In this document: positions 48,775-58,906 of the stretch, in pieces
How the letters are laid out: every line of letters starts with the position of its first letter
How positions within the stretch are numbered: the first letter of the stretch is position 1
Source of the DNA: Diplonema japonicum
Lineage: Eukaryota; Protista; Euglenozoa: Diplonemea
Assembly (NCBI GenBank): GCA_964019335.1
Contig: OZ025703.1
Coordinates: 451,001-515,000, forward strand
Length of the DNA stretch: 64,000 nucleotides
Direction: 5' to 3'
Translations under genes and position numbers: made by a program
The notes under the pieces: model-generated
What the model saw: the letters and a program-made list of their open reading frames with translations, nothing else
Told to the model about the DNA's origin: nothing
The model's database searches: none

Positions 48775-51543
48775 CTGGGTTGCAACGTGACGAAGAGTTC
48801 CGCTGTGGCGGAGGCAAAGCCCCAACAACGGCCGTATGACCAAGGCGATGCGAATACGAAACATGAAGCAGAACCGGTGGTCGAACAGAAAGAAAAAGCA
48901 CAGGTAGACGAATATCTTGAAAAGAAAGACGAGGACAAGAAGGGAGAAGCGCAAGTAACCGAATATGGTGAAAAAAAAGATGAAGACGAAGACAAGAAAG
49001 AAGCGCAGGTAAACGCGTATGTTGAAACGAAAGAAACAGCAAACCAAGAAGCAGAGGTGAGAAGAAAAGCCGAGGAAAAAGCAAGTGTTGATAAGCCCCA
49101 TGAACTTCCCCCTCTTTTTGTTGCTTATCAAGAGGAGGGCGAGCAGATTCCCCTTCTCAGCATGGTTAGGAACCTCTCACCGCAGTTTAACCCTGCCCAG
49201 ATTCAGAGATGTGCTGGTGAGATCAAGCAGCTGCCCCTTGAAGAGAGAGCGTACTTGGCGGGGGCTTGCTTCTCGGTGTCGCAGGGGAACATTGTTGCAT
49301 GTACCCCGCTTCTGCAGCCTATGGTGGCAGAGGGTGTTTTGAGCAACTTGGAGCTTAAGCTCTTAATCCAGGGCCCCGTTTTGCAGACCCTTATCATGAA
49401 GCAGAAGGAAGTCGGCAACACACCTTCATTCGTGACTGCATCTTCGGAGATCGTGAAAACAGTCTACACGCAGTGCCCTCCGGGGAGAGCTTTAATGCGG
49501 AAGGTTTTGTACCAACTACTGCACGACGCACTGCAGGCAACACCAGTGAGACAAGAAGCGATACTGTTTGTTTTGAGAATCTTGGAGCTCATCATCAAAG
49601 GGCTGCGCAACTCTATCGGGAAAGAATATGAAGACCTCCTCACAAGGAGGCTCATTCCCTTGTACCACACCGAGGAAATGCTGCATGATGCGCTGTGCGT
49701 GATTTCCGTATATCAGGAGCCGTTGTCGAAATGTGTACGGGGCCTGTTGGGGAGGTTAGATCCAACGGCTCACTGCACCATCACTGTAAAGGTGTTCAGG
49801 AGTATTATAGGGTACTGGGATAAGTCAAATAGTAAGCATTGCGTTGTGATGATCAGCTGCTTCAAGGACCTCCTTGAAGAGATGGATGGTCAGGTTTTCG
49901 ACACAGTGCACAAGGACCTCTTCAGCAAGCTTGCTGAATGCGCGGCATCTGACAACGCGCTTCTAGCAAGGGAAGCGTTGCAACTGTGGCAACAGGAGGC
50001 TTTTATAACCTACCTGCATAGGCAAGGGGGGGCTGCGCTGTCGTTGCTGGTGCCCCCTTTGATACGGGACGCAGAGCTGCACTGGAACAAGGACGTGAAC
50101 AGCATGTTGCTCTTCGCCATCAATATTATCAAGTCCATCAACGAGGACGGCGAGCGGCTCTTCACAAAGATCGGCGTAACCTATCTGGTCAACAAGCTGA
50201 AGATGAAGGAGGACGAGGCCGCAACAAAATTGGATAAATACGTAGTCAAACTGGCGGCGCAGCAAAGCGGTGACGCCACTCCTGAACAAAAGCAGATTAA
50301 GGCCCTCCAGAAACAGCGAGCGGGGGTGGACGCACGTGCACCATTCCCTGTAGAGGTGAATAATCATCTGCACTTTATCTTCGGAAAAGAGATCGGGCGA
50401 GGTGCTTATAGCAGCGTGAAGTACTGTAAACGAATAGAGCAAACAGTCCCTCAGTCGCTTTGGAACGCGTACGCAGCAAAGGTGATCGCGAAGCAGCTTA
50501 TCAAGGAGACGAACTTCGACGAGCAGATCGAGCAAGAGATCAAGCTCCTGTCGTGCCTCGACAGCCCATTCATATCACCACTGTACGCGCACTTTGAAGA
50601 CGAGAAGAACATCTACATCTTGATGGAGTACTGCAGCGCCGGCGACCTATTCAGCAATGTGTTCGAGCACGGTCCGGGGTCCGTCACGTTCACGTGGGCG
50701 AAGTACGGGTTGGCGCAGATTGTAATGGCACTAAGCTATGTTCAGGAGAAGGGGTACTACTTCGGCGATATGAAGACAGAGAACATCCTCGTCACGCAAA
50801 CAGGGCATCTCAGGCTTGCCGACTTCGGGTCGAGCAAAAGCGAGCAACAGCTGGACGAGATCAATGCGAAGTGGCGAAATGGCGACAGCAACCTCCACCG
50901 CGATGTGCAAGGCACGCTGGACTTCTTGTCGCCTGAAATTGTAAGAAAGGCATCCATCGGGAAGCCCGCTGACTGGTGGGCGTTGGGGGTAATGTTGGTG
51001 CAGCTGCTGTTCGGTTATTTTCCGTTCACCGCGGAAGACGAAGCAGCCACCATTGCGAAAATACAGACAGCCTCCCCTAAAATACCTGCGGACGCTGGGG
51101 CGTCATCGGTCTTGGTCTTGGGCCTTCTCAACAAAGACCCAAGCAGCAGGTTTTCTGTCGAGGACTGTAAAAACAGCAGCTTCTTCGAGGGTGTGGAGTG
51201 GGATCCCGAAAAACTGAGCGGCATGAAGCTGCCCTCGCTGGAAACGGGCTACAGGTCGCACTCAAGCCTTGCTGACCCTAAGTATATGACACGTAAGTTC
51301 AGCATAGTGTACAACCCCTCACAGGACGAAGAGGGAAGAGGGCGCATGGTCGTAGATTCAATCCCAGAAGAGCGTGAGGAAGAGCTCTCCTGGGGATACG
51401 AGCCGCCGAAGAAGCCGAAGCCCAACAACCCTTCAAATGCCCCTCGGATGCCCACAACAGCTACAGCTGACAACGCTCTGGCAGAGTACGTGACCACAGT
51501 CGACCGATCTCCTCCGAAGAGAGGAAGTCAGAAAAGGTACTGA
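48775..51543 (+). CDS. PP2A B56 (B') domain - AGC/PDK1-like kinase fusion with a probable CTG start
   Basis: B56-like segments LELIIKG..LIPLYH..YQEPLSKCV..YW..LFSKLAEC..AREALQLW..HWNKDV; kinase GRGAYSSV, AAK, FGDMKTEN, DFG, GTLDFLSPE, DWWALG. Confidence 0.85.
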   Translation: MGCNVTKSSAVAEAKPQQRPYDQGDANTKHEAEPVVEQKEKAQVDEYLEKKDEDKKGEAQVTEYGEKKDEDEDKKEAQVNAYVETKETANQEAEVRRKAEEKASVDKPHELPPLFVAYQEEGEQIPLLSMVRNLSPQFNPAQIQRCAGEIKQLPLEERAYLAGACFSVSQGNIVACTPLLQPMVAEGVLSNLELKLLIQGPVLQTLIMKQKEVGNTPSFVTASSEIVKTVYTQCPPGRALMRKVLYQLLHDALQATPVRQEAILFVLRILELIIKGLRNSIGKEYEDLLTRRLIPLYHTEEMLHDALCVISVYQEPLSKCVRGLLGRLDPTAHCTITVKVFRSIIGYWDKSNSKHCVVMISCFKDLLEEMDGQVFDTVHKDLFSKLAECAASDNALLAREALQLWQQEAFITYLHRQGGAALSLLVPPLIRDAELHWNKDVNSMLLFAINIIKSINEDGERLFTKIGVTYLVNKLKMKEDEAATKLDKYVVKLAAQQSGDATPEQKQIKALQKQRAGVDARAPFPVEVNNHLHFIFGKEIGRGAYSSVKYCKRIEQTVPQSLWNAYAAKVIAKQLIKETNFDEQIEQEIKLLSCLDSPFISPLYAHFEDEKNIYILMEYCSAGDLFSNVFEHGPGSVTFTWAKYGLAQIVMALSYVQEKGYYFGDMKTENILVTQTGHLRLADFGSSKSEQQLDEINAKWRNGDSNLHRDVQGTLDFLSPEIVRKASIGKPADWWALGVMLVQLLFGYFPFTAEDEAATIAKIQTASPKIPADAGASSVLVLGLLNKDPSSRFSVEDCKNSSFFEGVEWDPEKLSGMKLPSLETGYRSHSSLADPKYMTRKFSIVYNPSQDEEGRGRMVVDSIPEEREEELSWGYEPPKKPKPNNPSNAPRMPTTATADNALAEYVTTVDRSPPKRGSQKRY

Positions 51544-51750
51544 GAAAATAAAAGCAGCATCGGGGGGAGGCCGGGGGTACTACTTTTTGTTTTGTATTAC
51601 ATGTTTTTATTTTATATGAGGCAAAAGAAAAAGAATGGAAACGGGTTTAGTACTTAGTAGTTCAAGTGACCGTTCGAAAAAGGAAGAAACGAAAATGGTC
51701 ACGCTTGTACCCCCCTCCCCTTTTTTTCCCCCTTCAATTTTTTGTTTTTT

Positions 51751-51824
51751 GATAAGTAGAGACGAGGGACGTTCCAAAACAGGAACCTCCTTTATAAGTG
51801 TCTCATCTCATTTTTTTTTCCCTT
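51751..51824 (+). repeat. Dispersed ~70-nt hairpin element, copy 2
   Basis: Near match to 45099-45165. Confidence 0.8.
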
Positions 51825-52028
51825 GCCTCGATCGGGTCTGGGATGGGTTCTTCGGGTAAGTTCACGGTCGGTTTCGTTGCCATGATTTCAAGACGTTGCT
51901 TCACCAGATTTGAATTTTTCTTTCGTCTTCATACCCTCCCCTCTCGGTATTCTATTTCCCGCTATCATTGCTTCAACGGGGATGCATGAATCTTCTCCCA
52001 TCACAGTCCACAGTTATGACGACAGGCG

Positions 52029-53502
52029 ATGTTTGTTGAGACCACCGAGTCCATTGACACAACATGCGATCTGAACAGTCCAACGTGGCTGGAGTGCTGC
52101 TTGAGGTGTGGTGTGAAACCGAGCGATTTGCGTGAATTGTCATTAGAGGAGTATGTGGCCAGCTGTGGTAATAAGGAAGTGGCCGTCGTCAATTATGTGA
52201 AATGGGAGGCCAAGAGGATACAGCTGCTTGAGAAGGTACAGAGTGAGCGGAAGCTCATCAATGTTGCGCCGAAGAAGGTGGAAGCCACTGGCGATCGATA
52301 CGACAAGAGAAAAGAAGCAGTGAGAAAACGGACAGAGGCAGCCCTGCACCGCAGCGAGATGTTCGAAAGAAGTGAAGAGATCAAGACAGCGCAACATCTT
52401 GAGATGAAGCGGTGTATGCAGAGGCAGAAAAAACAAGCAGAGGAGTGCAAGCAGCAAGCCAATGAAGAGACACTGGTATGCATAATGCAACAACTGCTCA
52501 GAACCGCAGGAGCGCGTTTTGCAGTGGCAGCAAAAGAAGGACGCGTTCCTCGATACGAAACGTGAAGAAAGAGAAGCTTATATTACTCAAAAGAATAGCG
52601 AGCTGAAACAAAAAGAAGAAAAGATCAGACACAAGAGAGTCCTGCAAGATGGGGAGAGAAAGGCAAAGTCGGAAACACTGATGAAGAAGTTTGAGTTGAC
52701 ACAGCGGCGCAGGGAAGAGCACAAGGAATTCTTACAACTGCAAACCCAGAAAATGAAGGAGAAGATGCTTCAGAAGCACAAAACGGCAGACACATGGATC
52801 CGTGAGTCAGAGAAGCAACGCTTACAGGACGTAGCAGAGCGGCAGCGTGAGATGTGCGAAAAGATTGATCTTGCAAACAAGAAACGAGATAGCAAGAAGA
52901 AGCACAACGAGATGAGCGTGTCTCTGAATTGCATCGACAAGGAGAAGTATGTGATGGTTAATTCACTTCATTCTTTTCCCAGAAGGTCTGCAGACCTAAG
53001 GAAGCAGATACATAACGAGAACGTCAACCACAAGGCATATACTGCGCTTATGGGGGGTTTAAGAGAGAAGCTGAGGCAGCAATTGTTGAAACAACACCAC
53101 AGCCGCTTGGAAGTGCAACAGCAGACGATTTTCCAGCATGACAAAGCGGCGACGGAATACAATAGAAAACTGAAGGAAGACAAAGAAAAGGGGTGCAAGT
53201 TGAAGAAAATAGAGAATGAAACCTCACAGCATCTAAACAGAGAAGAGAAAGCACGGCTTCAAAGGGCATATGCCCACAAGATGGAAAACCTGAAATCGCA
53301 CGTAGACAACAGGCGCGAGCGTATGGACCAATGGTTCCGAGCTGACCAGGGCTTCCGGCAGTACGTCAGCTCTATGAACAACACACTCAACATGAAGCGG
53401 CCTCTTGACGACATCCCAGGTCCAGGGACGTACCTTGTGAACGACCTGTATTCCCACTCCCCCTCTGTTGTGATTGGAAAAGCAAAGCGTGTTTTATGTT
53501 AG
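52029..53502 (+). CDS. Coiled-coil protein with a C-terminal PGPGTY repeat (possibly flagellar)
   Basis: ORFs 52029 and 52519 are joined by intron 52476-52509; in-frame intron 52947-52982. Confidence 0.7.
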
Positions 53503-53778
53503 CCACCCTCTTTCCCTCCTCAACATTTTCTTTTCTTTTAGCAGGCCAAAAGCTCTTGTTAAGACGCCACTTTTTTGCTGTGCTTCCAGGTCTGTTTACA
53601 CAGTCTTAAGCTAGACCAGCCTTCGAAATGCTGTCTTTTTTTGTTTCATTGTTTTCGCATTGGCAAGCAGTTACTCGTTTAAAAAGAACAAAGAACAGAG
53701 TCGGGTGGAAAAGCCGAAAAGAGAGCTCAACCAGGGCAGCTCACTATAATAAACAATTCTGTTCACCACAAAAAGAAA

Positions 53779-54801
53779 ATGACAGAAGATATGCATCGTG
53801 CTATTGTCCAGGGCGACCGTGACGAGATTAGGCGTCTCTGGCGAGATTTTAACGCCACTTCATATCACGGCACGACATGGCTTCAGGTAGCAGCGCAGGC
53901 AGGTTGCGTGGAGACCATGAAGCTACTCATCGATGAGTACAAAATGGACCCTGCTGAAGAAGGATGCGATAAAATTTCTCCGATACACACTGCAGCGGAG
54001 GCAGGGTGTTTGGGTATAATACGCTTGCTCGTCGAAGAGTACAAGCAGGACCCGGGGCTTGTGAATGAGTACGGGTTGGCGGCGGTTCACTTCGCTGCAT
54101 GGAACGGTCAGGTCAAGGCTGTGGAGCTCATGGTGGATGTGTACAAACAAGACCCAGGGGCAAAGGGTGTGAATAATCTAACCCCGTTGCACGCAGCTGC
54201 GGAGGGGGGCCACATCAGCTTGGTCAGACTACTAGTGGACAAATACGGGGTGGACCCTGGGGCGCGGAAGATGGACGGCTTGACACCCTTGCATGCTGCT
54301 GCATGGAAGGGGAGGTTGCAGATTATACGCCTCTTAATCGACGTTTACAAGCAAAGCCCAGACACGATGAGTTTCGAAGGAGAATCGATTCTTCACTCTG
54401 CCACGGTGGGCGGTGAGATTGAATCCATGAAGCTACTCATCGATGACTACAAGATGAGCCCCGATACCCTCCACGCACATGGCTGGACGTCCTTGCATTG
54501 CGCCGCGGTGCGAGGTCACTGCCCTGCCATGAGGTTCCTCATCGATGCCCACAACCACAAAGTTGACGTACGTAGCGATGACGGAAGAACACCCCTCCAC
54601 TGTGCTGCCTCATTCGGTTACATCGAGGCCTTGGACATACTCATTAATTTGTATGGACAAAACCCAGATGACAAGGACTATGATGGCTGTACGCCACTCT
54701 TCTTCGCTACTGAAGGCGGTCATGTGACCGCAATGAAGTTCCTCATACAGGCAAGCAAGGAACGGCAAACGAAGCGTGGCGCAAAGAGAAAGAGAGAGTA
54801 G
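53779..54801 (+). CDS. Ankyrin-repeat protein
   Basis: About 9 repeats of TPLHxAAxxGH; basic C-terminal tail KRGAKRKRE; intronless. Confidence 0.9.
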   Translation: MTEDMHRAIVQGDRDEIRRLWRDFNATSYHGTTWLQVAAQAGCVETMKLLIDEYKMDPAEEGCDKISPIHTAAEAGCLGIIRLLVEEYKQDPGLVNEYGLAAVHFAAWNGQVKAVELMVDVYKQDPGAKGVNNLTPLHAAAEGGHISLVRLLVDKYGVDPGARKMDGLTPLHAAAWKGRLQIIRLLIDVYKQSPDTMSFEGESILHSATVGGEIESMKLLIDDYKMSPDTLHAHGWTSLHCAAVRGHCPAMRFLIDAHNHKVDVRSDDGRTPLHCAASFGYIEALDILINLYGQNPDDKDYDGCTPLFFATEGGHVTAMKFLIQASKERQTKRGAKRKRE

Positions 54802-55369
54802 GTTATTTCAGGACCATGTTTCCAACCTCCCTGTGGTGATTTCTGGTTATTGTTCTTAAGACGCACAGGTGGGGGATCTGCAAACCGAGAGCCCACCGCA
54901 CGTGGCGCCAGTTAACATCGCCCTCAACGCCTTTATCCCATCGAACAAGGATTCTCAATAGGTAGTGAGACCTCCCACCTGTATTGTGTTAATTGCTTCT
55001 GTGAGCCATTTGCCTATTTCAAAGCGGAGCTTTCTCTTCCTCACCTTTACTTTCTACGGGACCACTATGGTACCACATACATTCTCTAACTACAAGAATG
55101 TACTTAAACCTTTTGTCCTATTATCCTATTGTATTTATTGTGTTCATGTCTGGCCTCTTCTTTTGAAGATTGTTGTGGAACTAGCAACCTTGATGAGCTT
55201 TCTGAAGCTTCTTATCTGTTTCCTTTGCCTCTGCTGGCTCTGGCTTGGGGTAGGCTTTGGGTGCTTAAGGATTCCTGTGTGAAGGAAAGAACACTGGTTG
55301 AAGTGCCTTGCTCTCCTCCTTGAGAGACGTAGATTAGGTTATCCTGCTTTACACTACTCATACAGTCCG

Positions 55370-57124
55370 ATGGTTCCACCAAATAACATGCTAGGCAGTA
55401 CGTACGATCGAAGGGTCGCTGCAGCTATTGCCACAGTTTTGAAAGAACCAGGTGTGAAGGCAATACCGAAAAAGGTGTTGAAGATGATGTGGCTGCTGAG
55501 GGAGAGGCGGTGTGCTGAGTGCGAGTACTACGACATAAACGAAGACCTTGCAGACGTCATCATGCAGTTCACGCTGAAAGCCGGCAAAACTGATATGCAT
55601 ATCAACTTGCACACTCGTTTCTCGTATAAATACGATTCAATGAACAGCAGTAGGCGCCGTCAAGTGAAAATGAACCTGCCTCACCAGGCAAGGCTGTCCC
55701 TGAAAATCGGTGTCTTTTGCTTCAGCGACAGCGACGAAGCGAAAGTGCGGGATGCAGGACTCACGCCAGTCTCTTCCATTGATATAAAGGCATGTCGTAA
55801 GAAACTTCGCAAGCTGTTCTCCCCATTCGACCACCTGCTGTGCAGCCAGGCCAACATACACAAGGTCCCAAGAATGATCGGACCCCACCTGAGCAGACTA
55901 AGCATGTTCCCTTTGTCCTACCCTGCTGGAGACGATCTTGTCATTCTGGCGAAGAATCTGCAACATCGCGCCCAATTTTCGTTCAAGAGACCCTCATGTG
56001 TCATCGGGCACACAGGGCTGACTCCAGAGCAACTGCAACAAAATCTCCATACAGCATTGTGTACAATACTCTCCGAAGTACCTTTTCACAGATTAAACAC
56101 CATAACCGCCGGTCTGCAAGCTACCTTCGGTAAATATCAAAGGGTTCTTGGTGTCATACCTGTAAGCCGTCCGAGTACGCGGTCCGGTATCAAGCTAAGC
56201 AACTACTGGGCAGTGTATACGAATGTGGCAACCGATAACGTAATGCAGCTGAAACAGAGCTTAACGCAGCGGCCAGGGTACGCGAAGCTGACTCGACTTC
56301 AGTTGCAGAGCGTTTTTGAACATGCCTTGGAGGAGTCGAGGGACATGGAAGTAGTGAGGGCCTTACTCGCGGTTGTTGAACTTGACGGAGGGAGCGGTCT
56401 GGTTATGAAGGCGCTGCGGTCGAAGTACCTTGAGGTTGAGAAGGTGAAGATGTTATTACAGTGCAGCAAAGATATTTGGATGTGCGAGACTTGCTTGAAA
56501 TACGTGTTTGCATTCAAAAACGTCGACGTGATGTCGCAAATAGGGAGGCTGTGGCAAGAAACCCGACACCACAATGCATCGGTGCCTTATTTTTTCATAC
56601 CGAAGCGAAGGAGCGCACAGCTGGTGCTGAGAGCAATAGGGTTGGATATTTATGTTGAAGGGCTGAACTTTCAGCTGCGAGGCTTGTGGGCTTTGTACAA
56701 AGTACTCCTGCGGAAAGGGTTAGGAAGCAGCACCGTTCTTGCAATAAAACAGATGATAGGGACCGATGCAGAGACGGTGGTCTACGGCAACTGGTGTTCA
56801 GAGTACTTCGCTCATTATTTCCCACAGTCCGCGGGGGATGAGGACAGCTTCAACGGGGATCGTGATGAGGACAGCTTCAACAGGGATCTTGATGACGAGA
56901 TTTCCGGTACCTTCAAGACGTGCCACTATGGCAAAAAAGTAGAAACAAGACCTACAAGCTTCGTCAAGAAGCGACGGATTGTGTTTACTCATCCAGCTTT
57001 TCTACGTCGCTGGAGCAGCACGTGTGCAAGTTTTACACCACTTGTTCCCTTTACCCCAACGAAGGAGACCAACCCCTGTCTGTCATATGCCGGTGCTTTG
57101 CGCAACAACATTATTAGCCGGTGA
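55370..57124 (+). CDS. Chimeric protein containing a divergent ribosomal uL1 (RPL10A-like) domain
   Basis: KKLRKLFSPFDHLLCS..IHKVPRMIGPHLSRLSMFP..QFSFKR..IGHTGLTPEQLQQNLHTAL..ATFGKYQRV aligns by eye with eukaryotic uL1; about 320 extra C-terminal residues. Confidence 0.7.
   Translation: MVPPNNMLGSTYDRRVAAAIATVLKEPGVKAIPKKVLKMMWLLRERRCAECEYYDINEDLADVIMQFTLKAGKTDMHINLHTRFSYKYDSMNSSRRRQVKMNLPHQARLSLKIGVFCFSDSDEAKVRDAGLTPVSSIDIKACRKKLRKLFSPFDHLLCSQANIHKVPRMIGPHLSRLSMFPLSYPAGDDLVILAKNLQHRAQFSFKRPSCVIGHTGLTPEQLQQNLHTALCTILSEVPFHRLNTITAGLQATFGKYQRVLGVIPVSRPSTRSGIKLSNYWAVYTNVATDNVMQLKQSLTQRPGYAKLTRLQLQSVFEHALEESRDMEVVRALLAVVELDGGSGLVMKALRSKYLEVEKVKMLLQCSKDIWMCETCLKYVFAFKNVDVMSQIGRLWQETRHHNASVPYFFIPKRRSAQLVLRAIGLDIYVEGLNFQLRGLWALYKVLLRKGLGSSTVLAIKQMIGTDAETVVYGNWCSEYFAHYFPQSAGDEDSFNGDRDEDSFNRDLDDEISGTFKTCHYGKKVETRPTSFVKKRRIVFTHPAFLRRWSSTCASFTPLVPFTPTKETNPCLSYAGALRNNIISR
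56837..56890 (+). repeat. 27-bp in-frame tandem duplication (DEDSFNGDR/DEDSFNRDL)
   Basis: GATGAGGACAGCTTCAAC(G/A)GGGATC(G/T)T x2. Confidence 0.85.
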
Positions 57125-57487
57125 ACCTGTCGAACGCTAACCAACAAGTTGGACATGCACTACAATAGTTGTTCAAATACACGAATTTGGATTTTCCACC
57201 AAACCCTGTACTATGTTTTAAACGTTTCTTTACGGCAACTTGAATATTCTTTCCTGCTCGAGTTCCATATCCCCAAAACTAGCTTTCAAACTATATTGTG
57301 CCATCCACGGTAACCACTTGTGACTTCACCGTTCACGGCAACTTGGTGGCATATTCCACCATCGGTAACCCAAAAGTTAATACTGAACTTTCTTTTCGCC
57401 TTTGCAACGCGTTTTCGTAGCCTTCCTCTATTTTTCATATCCTATAGTTTCTATGAGTGCGTAAAATAATTTTTCAGACGAGTGAAA

Positions 57488-57526
<39 letters not shown>

Positions 57527-57531
<5 letters not shown>

Positions 57532-58219
57532 ACCACCGCAAATAATCGGAGCCGGGTTCGGCAGAACAGGGACGATGTCGCTTAAGGATGCGATCGAGGA
57601 GCTTGGGTACGGGAAGTGCCACCACATGATTGAGGTGAAGCCGTGGATGTTCCGGAAGTGGTCGGCACTGGCGGATGGGGACGATTTGTGGAACGAAGTG
57701 TACGAAGGCTTCGATGCGGCTGTGGACTGGCCGACCACCGCGTTTTACAGGCAGCTTGCCGAGAAGCATCCAGACGCGAAGGTTGTCCTGACAGTGAGGG
57801 ACCCTGAGGCGTGGTACGACAGTGCGAACAACACTATTTTCGCCATTTTCAATCTGCTCCCCTTGTGGATCGATATGCTCACCGGGTTCAGGACCATGCT
57901 TGACAAGACCATCTGGACGGGTGCCTTCCACGGCAGGTTTGCTGACAAGGAGTATGCCATCCGTATGTTCAACGAGCACATAGCTGACGTCAAGCGCACT
58001 ATTCCTGCTGACCGCCTTCTCATCTTCAGGGCAACTGACGGCTGGGAACCCCTTTGCACCTTCCTTGACAAGCCCATCCCTTCCAAGCCCTACCCGCACT
58101 CTAACGAGCGCACTTTCCTGAGGGGTGTCGTCAGAAAGCTTCAAGTGCTCCGTGCTGTTTCTTACCTCACCACCGCCGGCGCAACAATTTACGTTCTCAA
58201 GAAACTTGGGGTGTTTTAG
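57527..58219 (+). CDS. P-loop sulfotransferase-family protein (Sulfotransfer_4-like) with a C-terminal anchor
   Basis: IIGAGFGRTGTMSLKDA, CHHM, DAAVDWP, KVVLTVRDPEAWYDS, DGWEPLCTFL, PYPHSN. Confidence 0.85.
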
Positions 58220-58906
58220 TGGCAGTTTCTGAGCAAAAAAGGAAAAAAAAAGAAAGAAAAAATAAGCTCATCCCCCTCCCCCAAAAAGAAAGCAGAGAAT
58301 GTTTTTTTCCCCCTTCTGGTTTCTTTTGGTTTTTTTTTTAAAGCCCCTTTCACGCTCGGATTGTTTGGCCCAAATCCCACTATGTCAAAGGTGAGAATGG
58401 TGCGTTTCGAAGAAAGGGGGGGAAAAAAAGATTTCTCTTTTGCATCACCCTTGTTGTGGTTGTTGTGTCGCGAGGCCCAGAGCTCACGGCACGACAGATC
58501 CAACCGGTTCACTGTCTGTTTTCTCCGGCGTAAGGTGATGTGCGGTATCCCTTTCCCCCCCGGCCTTTTGAACCAAATACTACCATTTTTATCTTTAACG
58601 AACGTGGAGCCTCTTATGATCTTTTTGTTCCTTCAGTGTTGCTAAAGTATACGACGTATTGGTGCTTTAGGGTTTTTCCTCGCTCTTTTTGTTTTGCCAA
58701 CTATGGTCCTCTTCGGCTTTGCCTGAACCTAGTTGTCAATCATATTATTAAAAAAAAGAAAACAACTGTTTTGCAGGTTGTTTCAACCCTTTTACTTCTT
58801 AAAAGAATACTCATATTTCTTTTTCCTTTACATTCTTTTTTTTGCTGATGTACTACGTGTTAAAGAACTACAAAAAAAGAGGTTTTCTGACAGAAGGGAA
58901 AAGAAA

